The notes below the pieces were generated by a model. It made no database searches. It was not told the DNA's origin and saw nothing but the letters and a program-made list of their open reading frames with translations. From NCBI GenBank assembly GCA_965202585.1, contig OZ241833.1, positions 43,958,001 through 44,022,000 of the forward strand: a DNA stretch of 64,000 nucleotides, in the 5' to 3' direction. Source of the stretch: Thalia democratica (taxonomy: Eukaryota). The translations under genes and the position numbers were made by a program. Positions 37,679 through 51,653 of this stretch are shown piece by piece. The first letter of the stretch is position 1, and each line of letters opens with the position of its first letter.

Positions 37679-39567
37679 ATGATAAAACTTTCTTTTAAAC
37701 TTGATGTTAGTTCGACCAAATTGCTACTTGGATTTGTTGGAGTGTCAGCTACGATTGGTGCTCTTTACTACTTGTCTCATCAAAATAAAACAACCAAATA
37801 TTTAAAGAGTGGCGACGAAATATCCACAAGAGTGAAAGAGAAATCTGGTAGATTGAATGGAAATAAAACAGGGTCTGTAAATCATAACGTGAAAGTTGTT
37901 TCAAATATTTGTGAAATACATGATGAATATGATCATCACACAACAAACCTTGCATGTGAAGGAAATCAGATATTAGATAATGATCCACAATCACCTAACA
38001 CTGAAGCAACATTCACACAAAACAAGGAAAAATTGGTCAGTTTGGATGAATCTGATGTAGGATCACATGTTGAAAATAATAACAATAGTAAAACTAAAGA
38101 GGATAAACCAGAAGTGAATAAATATCCTGTGAATAAAAAACCAGACGATATAAGTCAAAAAGAGCACAATGAAACCAATGATGCTCCTACTAGTCGTGAA
38201 GACAAAAATATTCTTGGAAGCAAAAAAGAAGCTACATTGGCAGAAGAATCAGCAGAAAAAGATATCGGAGAAGCTAATGATCCTAAAAAAGATACCAAAG
38301 ATAATAAAAATGTTGATAAAGTAAACCAAGTCGTTAAAAATGAAAACTCAAACAACAAATCTCCTGTAAATGAATACCTAGAGAAATCTAGAACACAAAA
38401 GCAAATTAAAGTTAATGATGCTCATAAAAGTCGTAATGACAAGAATGTTTTTAAAGCAAAAAAGACCTGTATTGGTAAAAGATTCAATAAACTTTGAAAA
38501 GGTACAGAATTTGAATAATATTTAACAACTGCTTGATGCCAAAGCAACAATCACACAAAACAAGGATGAAATAGTTAATTCGGATGAGTCTGATCTAGGA
38601 TCACAGGTTGAAAATATTAACAATAGTAAAACTAACGATAACAAACCAGAAGAGAATAAATCTTCTGCCAATGAAAAATTAGTCAAGCCCAGAACAAAAG
38701 AATGCAATAAAACTAATGACCCTCATAATATTCATGAAGACAAAAAGATTACAGGAACAAAAGAAGAACCTACTTTGGCAATGTGGTCAACTAAAAAAGA
38801 TACTGGAGAAGCTACTGATCCTTAAAAAATACCATAGACAGCAAAAGTGTTGATAAACATAATCAAAGTGTTCTAAATGAAAATTCTAACAAAATAGAAA
38901 GCGAACAATACCCAGTTAATTTTAATTTATGTTTACATAGTTGAGAAGTTCTTTGTCGTTATATAAATGTCAATCTGAAACAGTTCAAAAACTTACGTAG
39001 TTTGCTCAATGATCATAAAGGGAACAAAAAAATAGAAGGAAAATATTTAATAAAATTAAATTAAAATGTCAGACTTTCGGCATAATTTACGACGAAATTC
39101 AAAAATGTCTATCGTACCCTGATCTGCGATTTTTAGTAAAACAGATATTCAATTTGAGAACAAATCTGTGGAAAGAAATAAAATCTGTAAAAGCATCTAG
39201 CAATAACAATTTTAAAGTGACTGAAAATACTAAAAAATTGGTTGGTGGAATAGTTGAATATTTAGAACAGTTTAACATAGCAGTAGGCTTTGCTATTCAG
39301 AGCTTATCATCATTATATCAAGTGGTAGATAATGACCAGTCTGATAAAGTTAATGAACAGCAAGACCTGAGCTCGGCTTTTAGTAAATACAAAATTAGTT
39401 TGAAGTCAACGCTTGAAAAGCTTAATAACTCTAAAGCGTTTAGTGCGGTTAATGAAGTCCGAAGTTACGTTTCAGATATAACTATGTTGACTAAATCTTT
39501 TTTTACATGGTATGAAGAAAATGTTGTTGGATATGTTGAAAAGTACTTTTTTGAAATATTATTATAA
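37679..39567 (+). pseudogene. Family copy 11: long type B pseudogene
   Basis: 272-aa 5' ORF to 38497, frameshift and stops in 38450-38950, C-terminal frame 39154-39567. Confidence 0.85.
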
Positions 39568-42309
39568 GCTTTGTATTATGAATCTATTGAACACTATATT
39601 ATTTATTTGTTATTTTTGTAATATGTTTATGTATAAATTGATTTTCATGTATTTGTGTTTAGTTTTTGAAGTTTTTTCACGTTGAATTTACTACAAAAAA
39701 CTCTTTGTTAATTATGAAAAATTCTTACTTGTTTTGGTAAAAATATTTAACATAAACTAGTTGAGAACAGTTTTTTTCGTTTTCATTCTTTAGTGTTATC
39801 ATTAGTTAACTGTTACCACAAAGTTATCTTTTAAGCTAAGTGATAACAAATAACATCATCATATAAAGAACCAAAGAGTTGTTAGCATATTTTTTGTATT
39901 AACATCAATAGTACTTAAATGATTCAATATTTTTGTACAAGAATGTAGCAATTGATAATTTGGAAAATCTGATAAGGGAATTTAAAGCGTCAAGTTTATA
40001 AAATTCATATAACGAAAGTTAGAATTTAACAGGGAACCGCTAAGGTTTAACTCTTTCTTTCCAACCAATCAATTCCTAAACGATAAATCCCTACCTGGAT
40101 CAATCACTTAATCAGTTTCCACCCAGCAATTAAGTACCACTTTTACACAGCATCAATTGCACGTAGAGTTGTTTTCCGGTGTCACTTTTCCACAAATCAT
40201 CACTTTTTTATGTCAGCACTTTGCACGAAGCCTTCTGTTTACATGACATCAAATTTTTACTGGTGAAACTTGTTCTTTTCTAAGAGTAAAGCCTAGAAAA
40301 GAATTTTATAACCTTTTGCTACTTGCGAATGATTTCTTAAAGAGTAAATGGTAGTTTACTTAAACGAGCTGACAAGCTTTGTAGTATAAATTCTTCATAT
40401 TTAAAAGAAAAATAAACGTAGCATATTAAAATTTCAGAATGAAGTGAAGTAGATATTAATTTTTATACATATTATCTTATAAATTGTTTTTACATTTCTA
40501 CTTAAATATATGTACTAAATTTTTATAAGTTTTTTTTCGATTTATTGTATCAAATGATTTCTGTAAAAATTTTTTTTAATTAATTAAAGTTTTAGAAATA
40601 GTCATATCATTGCACAATTATTTATGTGCTTGTATACTATTTTTAGGTAGCACTAAACAATTTACACTTATTTGTTTTTTTAAGTTATTTGCAAATGCAA
40701 CTTGTTTTTTCTAACCAAACAACATGCATTTATTTCAATTAATAACAATTTTAAATTAATTTATACGCACTAGTTTGAGCAGTAGTTCACTTGTAAGGAA
40801 TTATGACGTAACAACGTGAAAATAGCAATTAAAAATTTTTGAGCGCGAATAAGAAACAAGTGCTGTTATAATCAATATTTTTATCAGAAAGATCTTGTTG
40901 TCCCTGGAATTTTTAAAGTCACCTCTGGTGGCCATGCGTCAACTAATTTTAGTACAGTTATTCAAAATAAATTTGAATGAGTTTGGCTTAACTACAAGTT
41001 TAAAAACAGTTCCTTTTGTGTTTTATCCCTTAGCATTGTAAGAATACTAATTTAGGATGTTTAGTTAATCAAAAATTAGTAGTTAGTACAAAATTTTTAC
41101 AAAAAAGTTTTCAATTTACTTAAATGTTATTAAAATAAATGTTTAAAAATAAATAGTGATGATTTATGAGAATTTTGGTTAGCAAATAATCACAGTTTGT
41201 ACGTTAACTTCCGAATTTAAACTGTTAGTTATTTAAAAACTGTTGCAATGTGTTTTGTTACTTCTCCTATTTGGAGCTGTTTTTGATAAACTAAAACTTT
41301 CATCTTTTTAAACTTGTCGTAATAAAAAATAGTTACCTAGAAAAGTAACTTAATTTCTACTGAAATTAATGTGTTTAAAAAAAAATCTTCCTCTTATTCC
41401 GTCTCCTTCTTTACAAAGTTTTCTGCAGAAGTTTGAAAGGTCATCAATATTAAAAGGCAATAAATAAGTTTTGTGCAATATATACGCTTACGTCTATCCA
41501 CCTTACCCAAAAAAAAATTCGAATGAAATAGTTTACTCAATTAGAGCTTAGAATACACAGAAGTAAAACGTCAGCCAACTAAAGGCTTATTTTTCTGATG
41601 ATGATGCACAGCACACCAACAACAAACCCCTTAGAATCATTAAATAAACGTAAATTTTTTGAAAAGCTGAGTTACGCCAAACGCATTGTTTTTTTTGCTA
41701 AAACAACTGCATAGCTTCTGCGTCTAAACGTTTTTTTTATAGAACAGAAAACGTAAAAAAAAAAAGAAGAACTTCAATTAAAATGCAAAGAAAAACATGA
41801 TAGAAAGCTTCTTATTGAACCAATTTGGGCAGCTTTAAGTTTATATAAAGATGCAGTGTTTAGTTTAATATTTGCATCATACTCGTGTGTTAATTAAAGT
41901 ATACTAATATATCGTAAAAAAAACAGTGCCAATATTTCTTTATATACCTCCTTTTCTAGTATGTGTAAACCTTTTTCATATCAATAAAAACAAACAGTTT
42001 GAACTATATGATACATTTACATCGTTTTTACACTTTTAAGCAGAGAAGGTAGTATACTATTGTTTGTATGTGTAATTTTGCTTTTTTTATTTTTTCATCT
42101 AAATTTTATTTCTATAATCGAGTAATTCTTATTATTGTATAAAAACTTTTTTCAAACATAGAGTAAAAGTATACAATAGCTTAATTATTAATAATTAAAT
42201 TAAATTAAAAAATTCTTCAGTAACAAGAAGATATTTAATAGCATTAAAAAAGATTATAATGAAGCATTAACTTCAACGGATATTATAGAATAAAAGGATA
42301 TAAATTCTA

Positions 42310-42630
42310 ATGATAATAAAATCCAAAAGATTAAAAAAAATTAAACGTTTTAACCCTCCGATTTGCAATTCTGTAAAAACCAATATAGGAAAGAGGTTTT
42401 CGGATCTTGTCGGTCTAAATTTTCCCAAAAACAATAAATTTTACAAGAACTTTAAAAGCCATACAATTAAAATCTCGTACATTTGCTTGCCTAACATGAA
42501 AAATATCATCAACTAACATAATAAAAAATATTTTAGAGGTTGCAAACAGAACGAACAGAAAATGCAATTACCGAAACAAGATGTAATTTCCATTTAATAG
42601 TGAAAGCCTTTTAAAAGATGTATAGTATAA
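42310..42630 (+). mobile_element. Second copy of degenerate Penelope-like fragment
   Basis: Near-identical translation to 33967-34173. Confidence 0.72.
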
Positions 42631-42889
42631 TTCAAAATTCTACAAATATTCTTGGTAAGCTAATATTTTGGCTAGCTTGCAGGCATCGTGTACAAGAGCT
42701 GCTACTAGAAAAATTTTTCAATTCTTTAACCGTAGAGAAAACAACAACACCCGAGATAGAAGTCTCTAAAATAAAATTATAAAGTTTGCAAAATATCTTG
42801 CAGCACTTTGATGGAAGCTATGTTTTTAATTTAGAATTTACTTCTAAAATGCGTCAAAAAAAAAAAACAAAGTTTTTGATTGCCTTGTC

Positions 42890-43740
42890 TGCGGGTGATT
42901 ATAAAAATATTCTCAAACTAGCCAAATTTTACATCGAACTTTAGCCCTCGCAAGGTTTCGCTCTTTAACGTCCTGGATCTGTTTTTAAAGCTAGATGGAT
43001 GTACAAAGTCATTTACGCTCTTAAAGTAGTTTTGATTTCACAACAGAACTCATTAAAAACTATTTTAGACACCGCATGTTTAAAACAACTGAAACGTTTT
43101 TTTTTACATAAACTGCTACCTTCCCTATTGGATCAATTGTACTGTAGCTTCTTCAGCTCCTGGCAATGAGTTGGACCTATTAATCAAACAAAAATACAAA
43201 AGTACTGATAAGTTTTGTGCAACCTCTGCGTTAAGTACTATGATAAACCATCTCTGGTGTCTTGTTAGAGAAATTGTTCCTTTAAGCTTGTTTGATGATT
43301 TTACCAGTAAATCAGTCAAAGCTAAGGTTGCTGATCTTTAAATTATAAAACAAATCAGTAAAACACCTAAACATTTAGAAAAAAAACAATGATTTACCTA
43401 ATCGTCATGTTTAATCTAATGAGAAGTATAATTTAGCAGACTTTCTTGGAAGTAGTTACATGCTCTTTTTTTATCCTAGACTGCAGTCATTCATTTCTTA
43501 TTAAACCGCCAGAACAATGGACTAGCGACAAAGACTACTTAGAGGCAAGAGAAATACTTAATTACATGAAAGTAGTCAATGATGCCGTCGAAAGAGGTGT
43601 AAAATTGTCCAACGATTTTGTAATTTCGTCGAGAAATGAAGTCACGTATCAAAATAGTTTATAATTTATCAAGGAGGATAGGAAGCAACTACCAAACCTT
43701 GGACTTATAAATAGTTCAAGAAAGAAGATATTGTAACTCG
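42890..43740 (+). mobile_element. Second copy of hATm-like transposase remnant
   Basis: PG...KARWMYKVIYALK near 42972, and VVNDAVERGVKL in 43446-43664. Confidence 0.68.
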
Positions 43741-45473
43741 TTTTACTTTCAAGTTTAATAAAACTCTTCAATTCTCAACCAATATTTGTTGTTATTGGAT
43801 TTTTTTAAGCGATAATAGTCTGAAAAAATATTTAAAAATCTTATTTTAAAATAAGTAGTACAAGCTATTTGTTAAACTTTAAAAAAAATTAAAAAAATAA
43901 ATAAAACCGACCTTTTCCAAATATACAGAAATAAAGAAAAATTTTCAAAATTAATTAGCTCCAACATGCTTAAAGCGAGTTATTTAATGTCTATTTATGT
44001 GAATCCCCTACACCTAAAAAAAATGGATTTAGCGAAATTCTAAATTTTTCATTATTGATGGGCAACAGATGCACCCTAATGTATACAAAGCCACAGCCAC
44101 ATATAAGGGATACATTTGTTAAAGGGAAGTTTCTTTAAAATTAAGATGGCAACAAAACAAGTACAGCTTCCTCAAGAAATTACAAACAACAGCCCCGGCT
44201 AAAGTCACTATATCAAATAATATTGAATTCTCAAAAATTAAGTGGCAAATGCTATTTAAAATCAACTGCTCAGTACCGTGAAAAGCAGATAATTGCTCTA
44301 TTTGCAATCCAGAAAGAATGGCCATTGCTGAAGCGGACAGAGATAAAGCACATAATATAAGAAATGAACTAACTTCCGTGTGTCCCTGTTTTATTTCTTT
44401 GTATTTGTAATTCTTATTTGTTTTTGTAATTTAATGTTATTTATGTTATCCTAATTTTTTTTATTCATTATTGTGAGTTTTTTTCGAAGTTTTTTTTTAT
44501 TTTACGAGTGTTTTGGCTTACTTTTCATTTTAGAATTAATCAATGTTTTTTATAATTACTTAAGTACATAAATGAATTACAAATTAATTAATTTCACATT
44601 ACTTGGTCTTACGATAATATTTGTGTGCTTCGTATTATTTTATAAAAACTTATAAAACTCTGAAGTTGCTTTTAGTAGAAACAGTGTCAGCTAAAGTAAC
44701 AATTGTCGAACAAAGTTATAATAAAGTTAAAGTACATTTATTTTGCACATAAAAACTCTGATTGTAAATTTTACTATCGATCAAAGCTATCTAAGTTTAA
44801 ATCTATAGACTAACATTTTGTATACTTTTCATATACTACTTAAAGTGCAAAAAGTTTTAACTTAGGTGTTGCTTTTTGTATTTAAGTTAAAATTGTTTTA
44901 GCTTAACTTAGTTTATTTATAACTTGACATTTAGATATTTTTAAACAGGATAAATTAAAAATTTAAATTAGTACAAGTTCGTTTGAGTAGAAAGCTTTAC
45001 AAATAAAATGACTACTGCATTGGTTTTTGTTTAAGCCTTAATATAAAAAGTTAGCTGATAATTACAAGTACATATAAAATTTTACAAAAATATATACAAA
45101 ACAAAAGTTGAACTTTTTATAAGAATTAAAGATATTAAACTTTAATTAGCTAAACCATAGTTAGTCACTTATATTAAGAATAACAACTCGTCAACCAACT
45201 TGAACAAAAATTATATTAAATTTTCCTTCCTAAAGAGTTACTTTTAAAAAATATTTGTCAAAGTGCAATTTATGTGTTCATAATTCTAAACTTATAGACT
45301 ATTTAATTGAAAATAAATCAAACTGACTTGTAGAAGTTTAATGATGTTCATTTTTTCATACACTCGAAAAATGCTTAATAAACTATAAAACATTATAATT
45401 TTTACTAATTTATGTAGTTTTGTAAATTTCATTCAAATTGAAACACTTTTAGCTGTTTACAAATCTATTTGCA

Positions 45474-46800
45474 ATGATAAAGCTTTCATTGAAACTTGAT
45501 GTTAGTTCGACCAAGTTGCTTATTGGATTTGTTGGAGTGTCAGCCACGTTGGGTACTCTTTACTACTTGTCTCATCAAAATAAAACATCCAAATCTTTAA
45601 AAAGTGACGATGAAATGTCCACAGGAGAAAGAGAAAATTTTGTAGGTTGAATGGAAATAAAGTAGGGGTAGTAAGTCATAATGTAAAAATTGTTTTGGAT
45701 ATTCGTAAATTGCATGCTAAAAATGATCATCACAATACAAACTTTGCATGTGAAGGAATTCAGACATTGGATAGTAATTGGCAATCACCTAACACTGAAT
45801 CAACATTTACACAAAACAATAAAGAAATGGTTAGTTTGGGTGGATCTGATGTATGCTCAAGGGTTGAAAATAGTAATAATAGTAAAACTAACGATGACAA
45901 ACCAGAAGAAAATGATTCTCCTTTAATTGAAAACCTAGAAGAAATAAGTCAAAAAGAGCTTATTGAAACAAATGATGCTCTTAATAATTATGAAGACAAA
46001 AATTTTGATTGAAGAAAAGAAGAAACTACATTGGAAAAAGAATCATCTGAAAAAGATTCAAGAGAAGCTACTGATCCTCTTAAAGATACCAGTGGCAACA
46101 AAAGTGTTGATAAAGAAAATCAAGTTGTTCAAAATGAAAACTCTCACAAAATAGAAAGCGAAAAAGACCAAGCTAATTTTGATTGTTGTTTATTCAACTT
46201 TAAAATTTTTATTCAGTATATAAAAGTTGATTTGCAGCAGTTCAAAAAATTACTTAAAATGCTCAACGATCACAAGGGTAACAAAAAAATAAGATTGAAA
46301 AGTTTTAACAATATTAAAGCAAAATATCAGATTTTCGGTGAAGTTTACGAAGGAATTCAACAATGTTTATTGTACTGTGATCTGCGAAATTTAGTAAACC
46401 ATTTATTTACTTTGAGAACAAATATATGGAAAAAAGTACAATCTGTAGAAGCATCCAGCAATAACTCAATAAGTAAGAACAATTATATAGTGACTAGAAG
46501 TACCAGAAACTTAGTTAATGGAATAGTTGAACATTTAGCATAGCTTAAAGTAGCAGTATGCTTCGCCGGTCAATGCTTATTATTTTATAAAGTGAATCGT
46601 ATTAACCAGGCAACTAAAGTTAATGAACAACAAGATAATTGTTTGGCTTTTGGTAAATACAAAGACAACTTGAAGTCTTTTTTGAAAAGCTTGAGAACTG
46701 TAAAGCGCTGAGTGTGGTTGACGATGTCGGAAACGACCTGATAGATATAATTAATTTGACTCGTTCTTTTTTTACATGGTATGAAGTAATTTTTGTTTGA
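45474..46800 (+). pseudogene. Family copy 12: pseudogene with one linker module and a C-terminal domain closest to copy 8
   Basis: ATG at 45474. Fragments 45647-46012 and 46031-46543 with stops and frameshifts. gtagcagtatgcttcgccggtcaatgcttatt is shared with copy 8. Confidence 0.85.
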
Positions 46801-48299
46801 TAAATTCGAAAGTACTTTGTGAAATAATTTTGTGAGCTTTATTTCATTAATTTATTGAAAACTATTATATTATTTGTTTTGTTATTTTTTTATGTTTGTG
46901 TATAAGTTGAATTTGTTGTAACTGTGTTATTTTTTAGAATTTACCATAATAAAGTCTCCGATAATTAAAAAAAATTCTACTTGTTTTGTAAAGTAAATAA
47001 ACTAATTTAAAACAGCTTCATTGTGCTTATTTCTCAGTGTTATCGAAAATTATCTGTTACCACAAAGTTTTATAACTGATAATCATTAAGTCACTAGAAG
47101 AACTCTATAATATTTAGCATACTCAAATTAACAACAATAGTAGTTAAATTAAATTAATATATTTGAACAAAGATATAGCAATTGGTAAATTGCAAAAATT
47201 GATAAGGCATTTAAAAAAGTTAATTCATAAAATGTATACAATAAAAGTTATTATCTAATAATAGAATAATTTAAAGCTCAGGTAGTCTTCTTGTTATAAA
47301 ACATCAAGTTAAGTTTTGAAGTTCTTACTAGTTAAAAAATATTTAAAAACGTTTTAGAAGTTAAAAAAGCTTTTTTTTTGCGTCATTCCTAAATATTTTT
47401 TTATATTTTTTTTAAGTAGTTCTGTTTATAAAACAGAAGTTGGCAGCCTTTTACAAGAAAATTTTCGAAAAAAAATTGCTCGCGAGCAGCATTGTATAAA
47501 AAAAAGTCTTACGCAAGTAAAACTCAATCTTGTTACGTTTACACAAATGCTTTTTTATTAACTGATGCGGAAGAAACACTTCTTCACTCGAATTCTTAGT
47601 TGTTTTTTTTATCTATAATGTATATTAAAGCTATATATTGATATATTTAAAACCTTTTTCATAACAAACCTAATTCAAACAGATTAAAAACTATACAAAA
47701 TAAGGTTTTAATATTAAAAATAAGATAAAAACTTTTTTTAGACAACTCAGCAAATATGCAAATCAGACTGACTTTTAAGTTTACCAGCCGCAGCGACTAC
47801 TTTTTTGTTCACAACAAATCGTAAAAGTTCAAAACTAATATTTAGCAAAAAAATTTTTACGTAGCAAAATGAGTTACTCTAGCTGCAGTGTAATCTAAAG
47901 TTTAAAGTTTCAGTCGGCAGTTTAGATTTGGAAAAATTTAGTCTTTTGCGCGCCTGAGCATTTCAAATACGTTTAAAGTACAAAAATAACTTGATTTTGC
48001 GATTTATTTCGACTAAACTCATGAAATCTTTTCTATGCTATGTAAAACTTAAACTAAAAATTTACCGTGAATTGTCTTTTTTTTTATCTGCATTTTAAAT
48101 CCGCAATACAAGGAGTGAGTTTTAAAATCAGATTCACCAGGTAAGACTTAGATGCTCTCGGTCTGCACTTTTCCTTTTGCCGGCCGAGCTCCACATAAGT
48201 TTCGGTTATTTTCAACTCAGGAGCCGGATGGCTCGCAGACCGTTGGCTGACCAACTTTATCTTAAATAGACAATTAATTGAAAACACATGGTATGGTGG

Positions 48300-49700
48300 T
48301 ACACTAAATGAAACTTTACAAATGATTGCAAATGGAGTACGTGATTGCACCATACCACAATCAAACATGTTAAATCTTTTAAAGTCTGTTACTGGAGGTT
48401 TGTTCCAATATAATAAGCAATTATATACACAAATAGATGGCGTAAGCATGGGAAACCCACTAGCGCCTACTATAGCAAATTACTTCATGGGAACATTGGA
48501 AAAAAATCTGTTTAACACCGAAGATGAAAATAATCCAGTTTTATATCTTCGATATGTCGACGACATATTCTGTATCTTCCAAAAAGATGTTCCATTCGAA
48601 AAATTCCACAAAAAGTAAAACAAACTACATAAGTCTATCAACTTCACATATAAATTAGGTGGAAACGAACTCCCATTTTTGGACATTAACATCAAACTAA
48701 AGAGAGAGGAAATAACAACAAAGGTACACAAAAAAGAAATTGATAAAGATGTCATTTTAAATTTTAGTGCAGTGGCACCAATTAAATGGAAAAGAGCTCT
48801 AATACTGTGGTTTGTAAACAGAGCTAGAATTATAGCTTCTACGCATAACATTTACAAACAAGAAATCACAAACTTAAAAGAAAAATTCTTTAAAAATGGT
48901 TATCCAAAGAAATTTGTTGATGACATAATTGAAAGATCGCTTAGTATTAATAAAGACTGCACTAAACAAAAACTAAGTAACTCAGACTTCAAAAATATTG
49001 TAAAGGTACCTTATATTGAAAAACCTAGCATCGAGTATAAAAAGAAACTAGAAAAGCTTCTAAACAATTACATCGAAGACTTCAAAGTAATTTTTACTAC
49101 AACAAAAGTAAGCAATTACTTCAGTAATAAAGATAAGACACCCCATGAATTAAAATCAAACGTGGTCTATGAGTATAAATGCTCTTATGATAAGAGTATC
49201 CAGTATATTGGATTCACTTCACGACCATTAGTAGAAAGAATTAAAGAACATTTAAAAGACAAAACATCTGTATCGGACCATATTAGTAGTTGTAATGTTT
49301 GTAAAAATGAAAAGATAACTGTTAATAATTTTGGAATTTTAAAAGAATGTAGAAATAAATTTGAGACCCTGATAAGTGAAGCTCTACTAATTAAACGATA
49401 TAATCCAATTTTAAATAAACAATTAATTAAACCGGGTATTACCCATACTCTAAGAGTTTTTGATTAGTTTGATATATAATAGTTTAACAATTTGTTAGTA
49501 TTCATGTAAAATATAATTTTATTATAGTTTATAATCTTAATTTATAAAAAATTTTATATAATGTATCACTTAAAAAAAAAAAATTTTTGTAAACATAGTT
49601 GTTTATCACTAATTTTAGTTATTTTTGCACAGTATTTTGTTGATAATGACTAATGGATAGTCGAAACGTCGTCATGCGAATAAATTTTAAACTGAGAATG
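48300..49700 (+). mobile_element. 5'-truncated Penelope-like retroelement (RT C-terminal half plus GIY-YIG endonuclease)
   Basis: QIDGVSMGNPLAP and YLRYVDDIF RT motifs (48322-48618). One in-frame TAA at 48616-48618, then the same frame continues (NFTY..., LPFLDI, KNGYP) to VVYEYKC...YIGFTSRPLVERIKEH (GIY-YIG). Stop at 49467. Confidence 0.93.
49640..49675 (+). ncRNA. Minimal hammerhead-ribozyme-like motif (U3/A8 core variant) at the PLE 3' end
   Basis: TTGATAAT, stem GACTA/TAGTC with loop ATGGA, then GAAAC-GTC. Position and form fit PLE hammerheads, but helix I is poorly paired. Confidence 0.5.
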
Positions 49701-50182
49701 TGTTTCTTATTGAATTGGTAAATAAAAACTCCAGTATCCCCACCTGTTTTTTAGTTTTTATTGATATTAAAAGGTTTTTAGATTTAAATACAGTATATTT
49801 AAGAAATATGCAAAATATTAAAAAAATTAGGATAACAAAGTAATTTAAATAATGTTTAAGGACAGATATAAGTTAATTTGCGAAACAAAAAAGATATCTC
49901 AGGATAAATTTAATATGTAAGGGTAGTTTTTTTTTTGCTCTTAAAAAATGGCAATCCTAGTGATATAGAACTAATTAAGGATTAAATAGTCTTTCAAATA
50001 CTTAAGTATAGTTTAAATAAAAAAACAAATTGTTCTTAATGATGTTTAAGTTTACCTAAATCTTAGCTTGTAAACTTTTGAATTGATTTCTTGGAGTAAT
50101 TCCTAAAGTTTTCCATTTGAAAAAAATACTGAAATGGCACTTACCAAGTAAATTTTTTAACTAAAAGCCACACCTATTTTAA

Positions 50183-50519
50183 CAGGGTTACTACTTTACC
50201 TAGAAAAACCTGGAATTTGACAATTAAGGCAAAAAAATCTGGAATTTTAAATTATTTTTACATGTTAAGTGGAAAATTTTGTTTGTCACAAAAATTTACC
50301 ATATAGATAAATTAGTTTGTCGTCATCAATTTTTTTTTTAATAAAAAACTTATTTAAGTAGCTTAATAGTAAATTTTCAATTATTTATACTATTTAACAC
50401 AGTTTTTTACCTTAAACTAAAGTTTAAATTGAAAATAGACCCAACAAAAGTACTTTAGAAAACCTGGAAGAAATTTTGAAGTCCTAGAAAAAATTTGCCA
50501 AAATTCAGTGGCAACCCTG
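50183..50519. mobile_element. MITE with CAGGGTTGCCAC-type terminal inverted repeats (probably hAT)
   Basis: Left cagggttactac, right gtggcaaccctg. No convincing TSD seen. Confidence 0.65.
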
Positions 50520-51338
50520 TGTTAAACTAAGTGCTTGTAGTATTTTAATGAATTTTAAAATGGTGAATATTAAAATAATCTTAATATATAAAAGTTTATT
50601 CTCATTTCAATAAAATCATTTTTAATTAGTCCAGCTAGAAGCAACAAAATTGAAATAGGGTTGATTAAAATTCAGATACTCAGAAACTTTTTTAAAATTT
50701 TTAGTTTCAGTCTAACTCAGGCTAGCCTTATTGTTTTGCATGCAGGGTGGTTCAAGCCACTACGGTGTTATTATAAAACATTTGAGGTAATTTTAAGTGT
50801 TTTTAAAATTCCTAGTCCCTTTGAATTCTCTTAATCATAAATGAGATATTGTTGTTCCATATTTGATAATGTGATATATTATAGCAAAATTTTTTCAATA
50901 AGTTAATTTTTATTGTTATTAAAAGGTTTTTAGATTTAAATACAATATATTTAAGAAATATGCAAAGTATGAAAGAAAATCAGGATAACAAAGTATTTTC
51001 TAACAATCTTTAAGGTCATTAAGGACAGATTTAATTCAGTTTGCCAAACAATAAAGACATCTCAGGATAAATTTGGTATGTAAGGGTAGTTTTTTTGCTC
51101 TTGAAAAATGGCAATCCCAGTGATATAGAATTTATTCAGGATTACATAGTCTTTTAAATTCTCCAGTATAGTTTAAATAAAAAAACAAGTTGTTCTTAAT
51201 GATGTTCAAGTTTACCTAAAGCTTAGCTTGTAAATTTTAATGATGATTTCTGGAGTCATTCATAGACTCTTCTATAAAAAAAAACAGAAATTAGACTTAC
51301 CAAGTAAATTGTTTAACTGAAAGCCACACCTATGTCAA

Positions 51339-51653
51339 CAGGGTTGCTACTTTGCCTGGAAACCTGGAAAAACCTTGAATTTGACAGTTTAAGCAAAAAA
51401 ACATAGAATTTTAAATTATTTTAATATGTTTGGTAGAAAATTTTGATTTGACACAAAAATCATCAAACATTTTTATTAAAAAACACATTTGAAGTAGCTT
51501 AATAATATATTTTCAATTTTTATACTATTTAACACAGTTTTTTACTTTAAACTGAAGTTAAAATTAAAATAGACCGAAAAAAAGTACTTTAGAAAACCTG
51601 GAAGAAATTTTGAAATCCTAGAAAAAATTTGCCAAAAGTCAGTGGCAACCCTG
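51339..51653. mobile_element. Second copy of the same MITE inside tandem unit 2 (third, left-decayed copy ends at 52778)
   Basis: cagggttgctac ... gtggcaaccctg. Confidence 0.68.
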
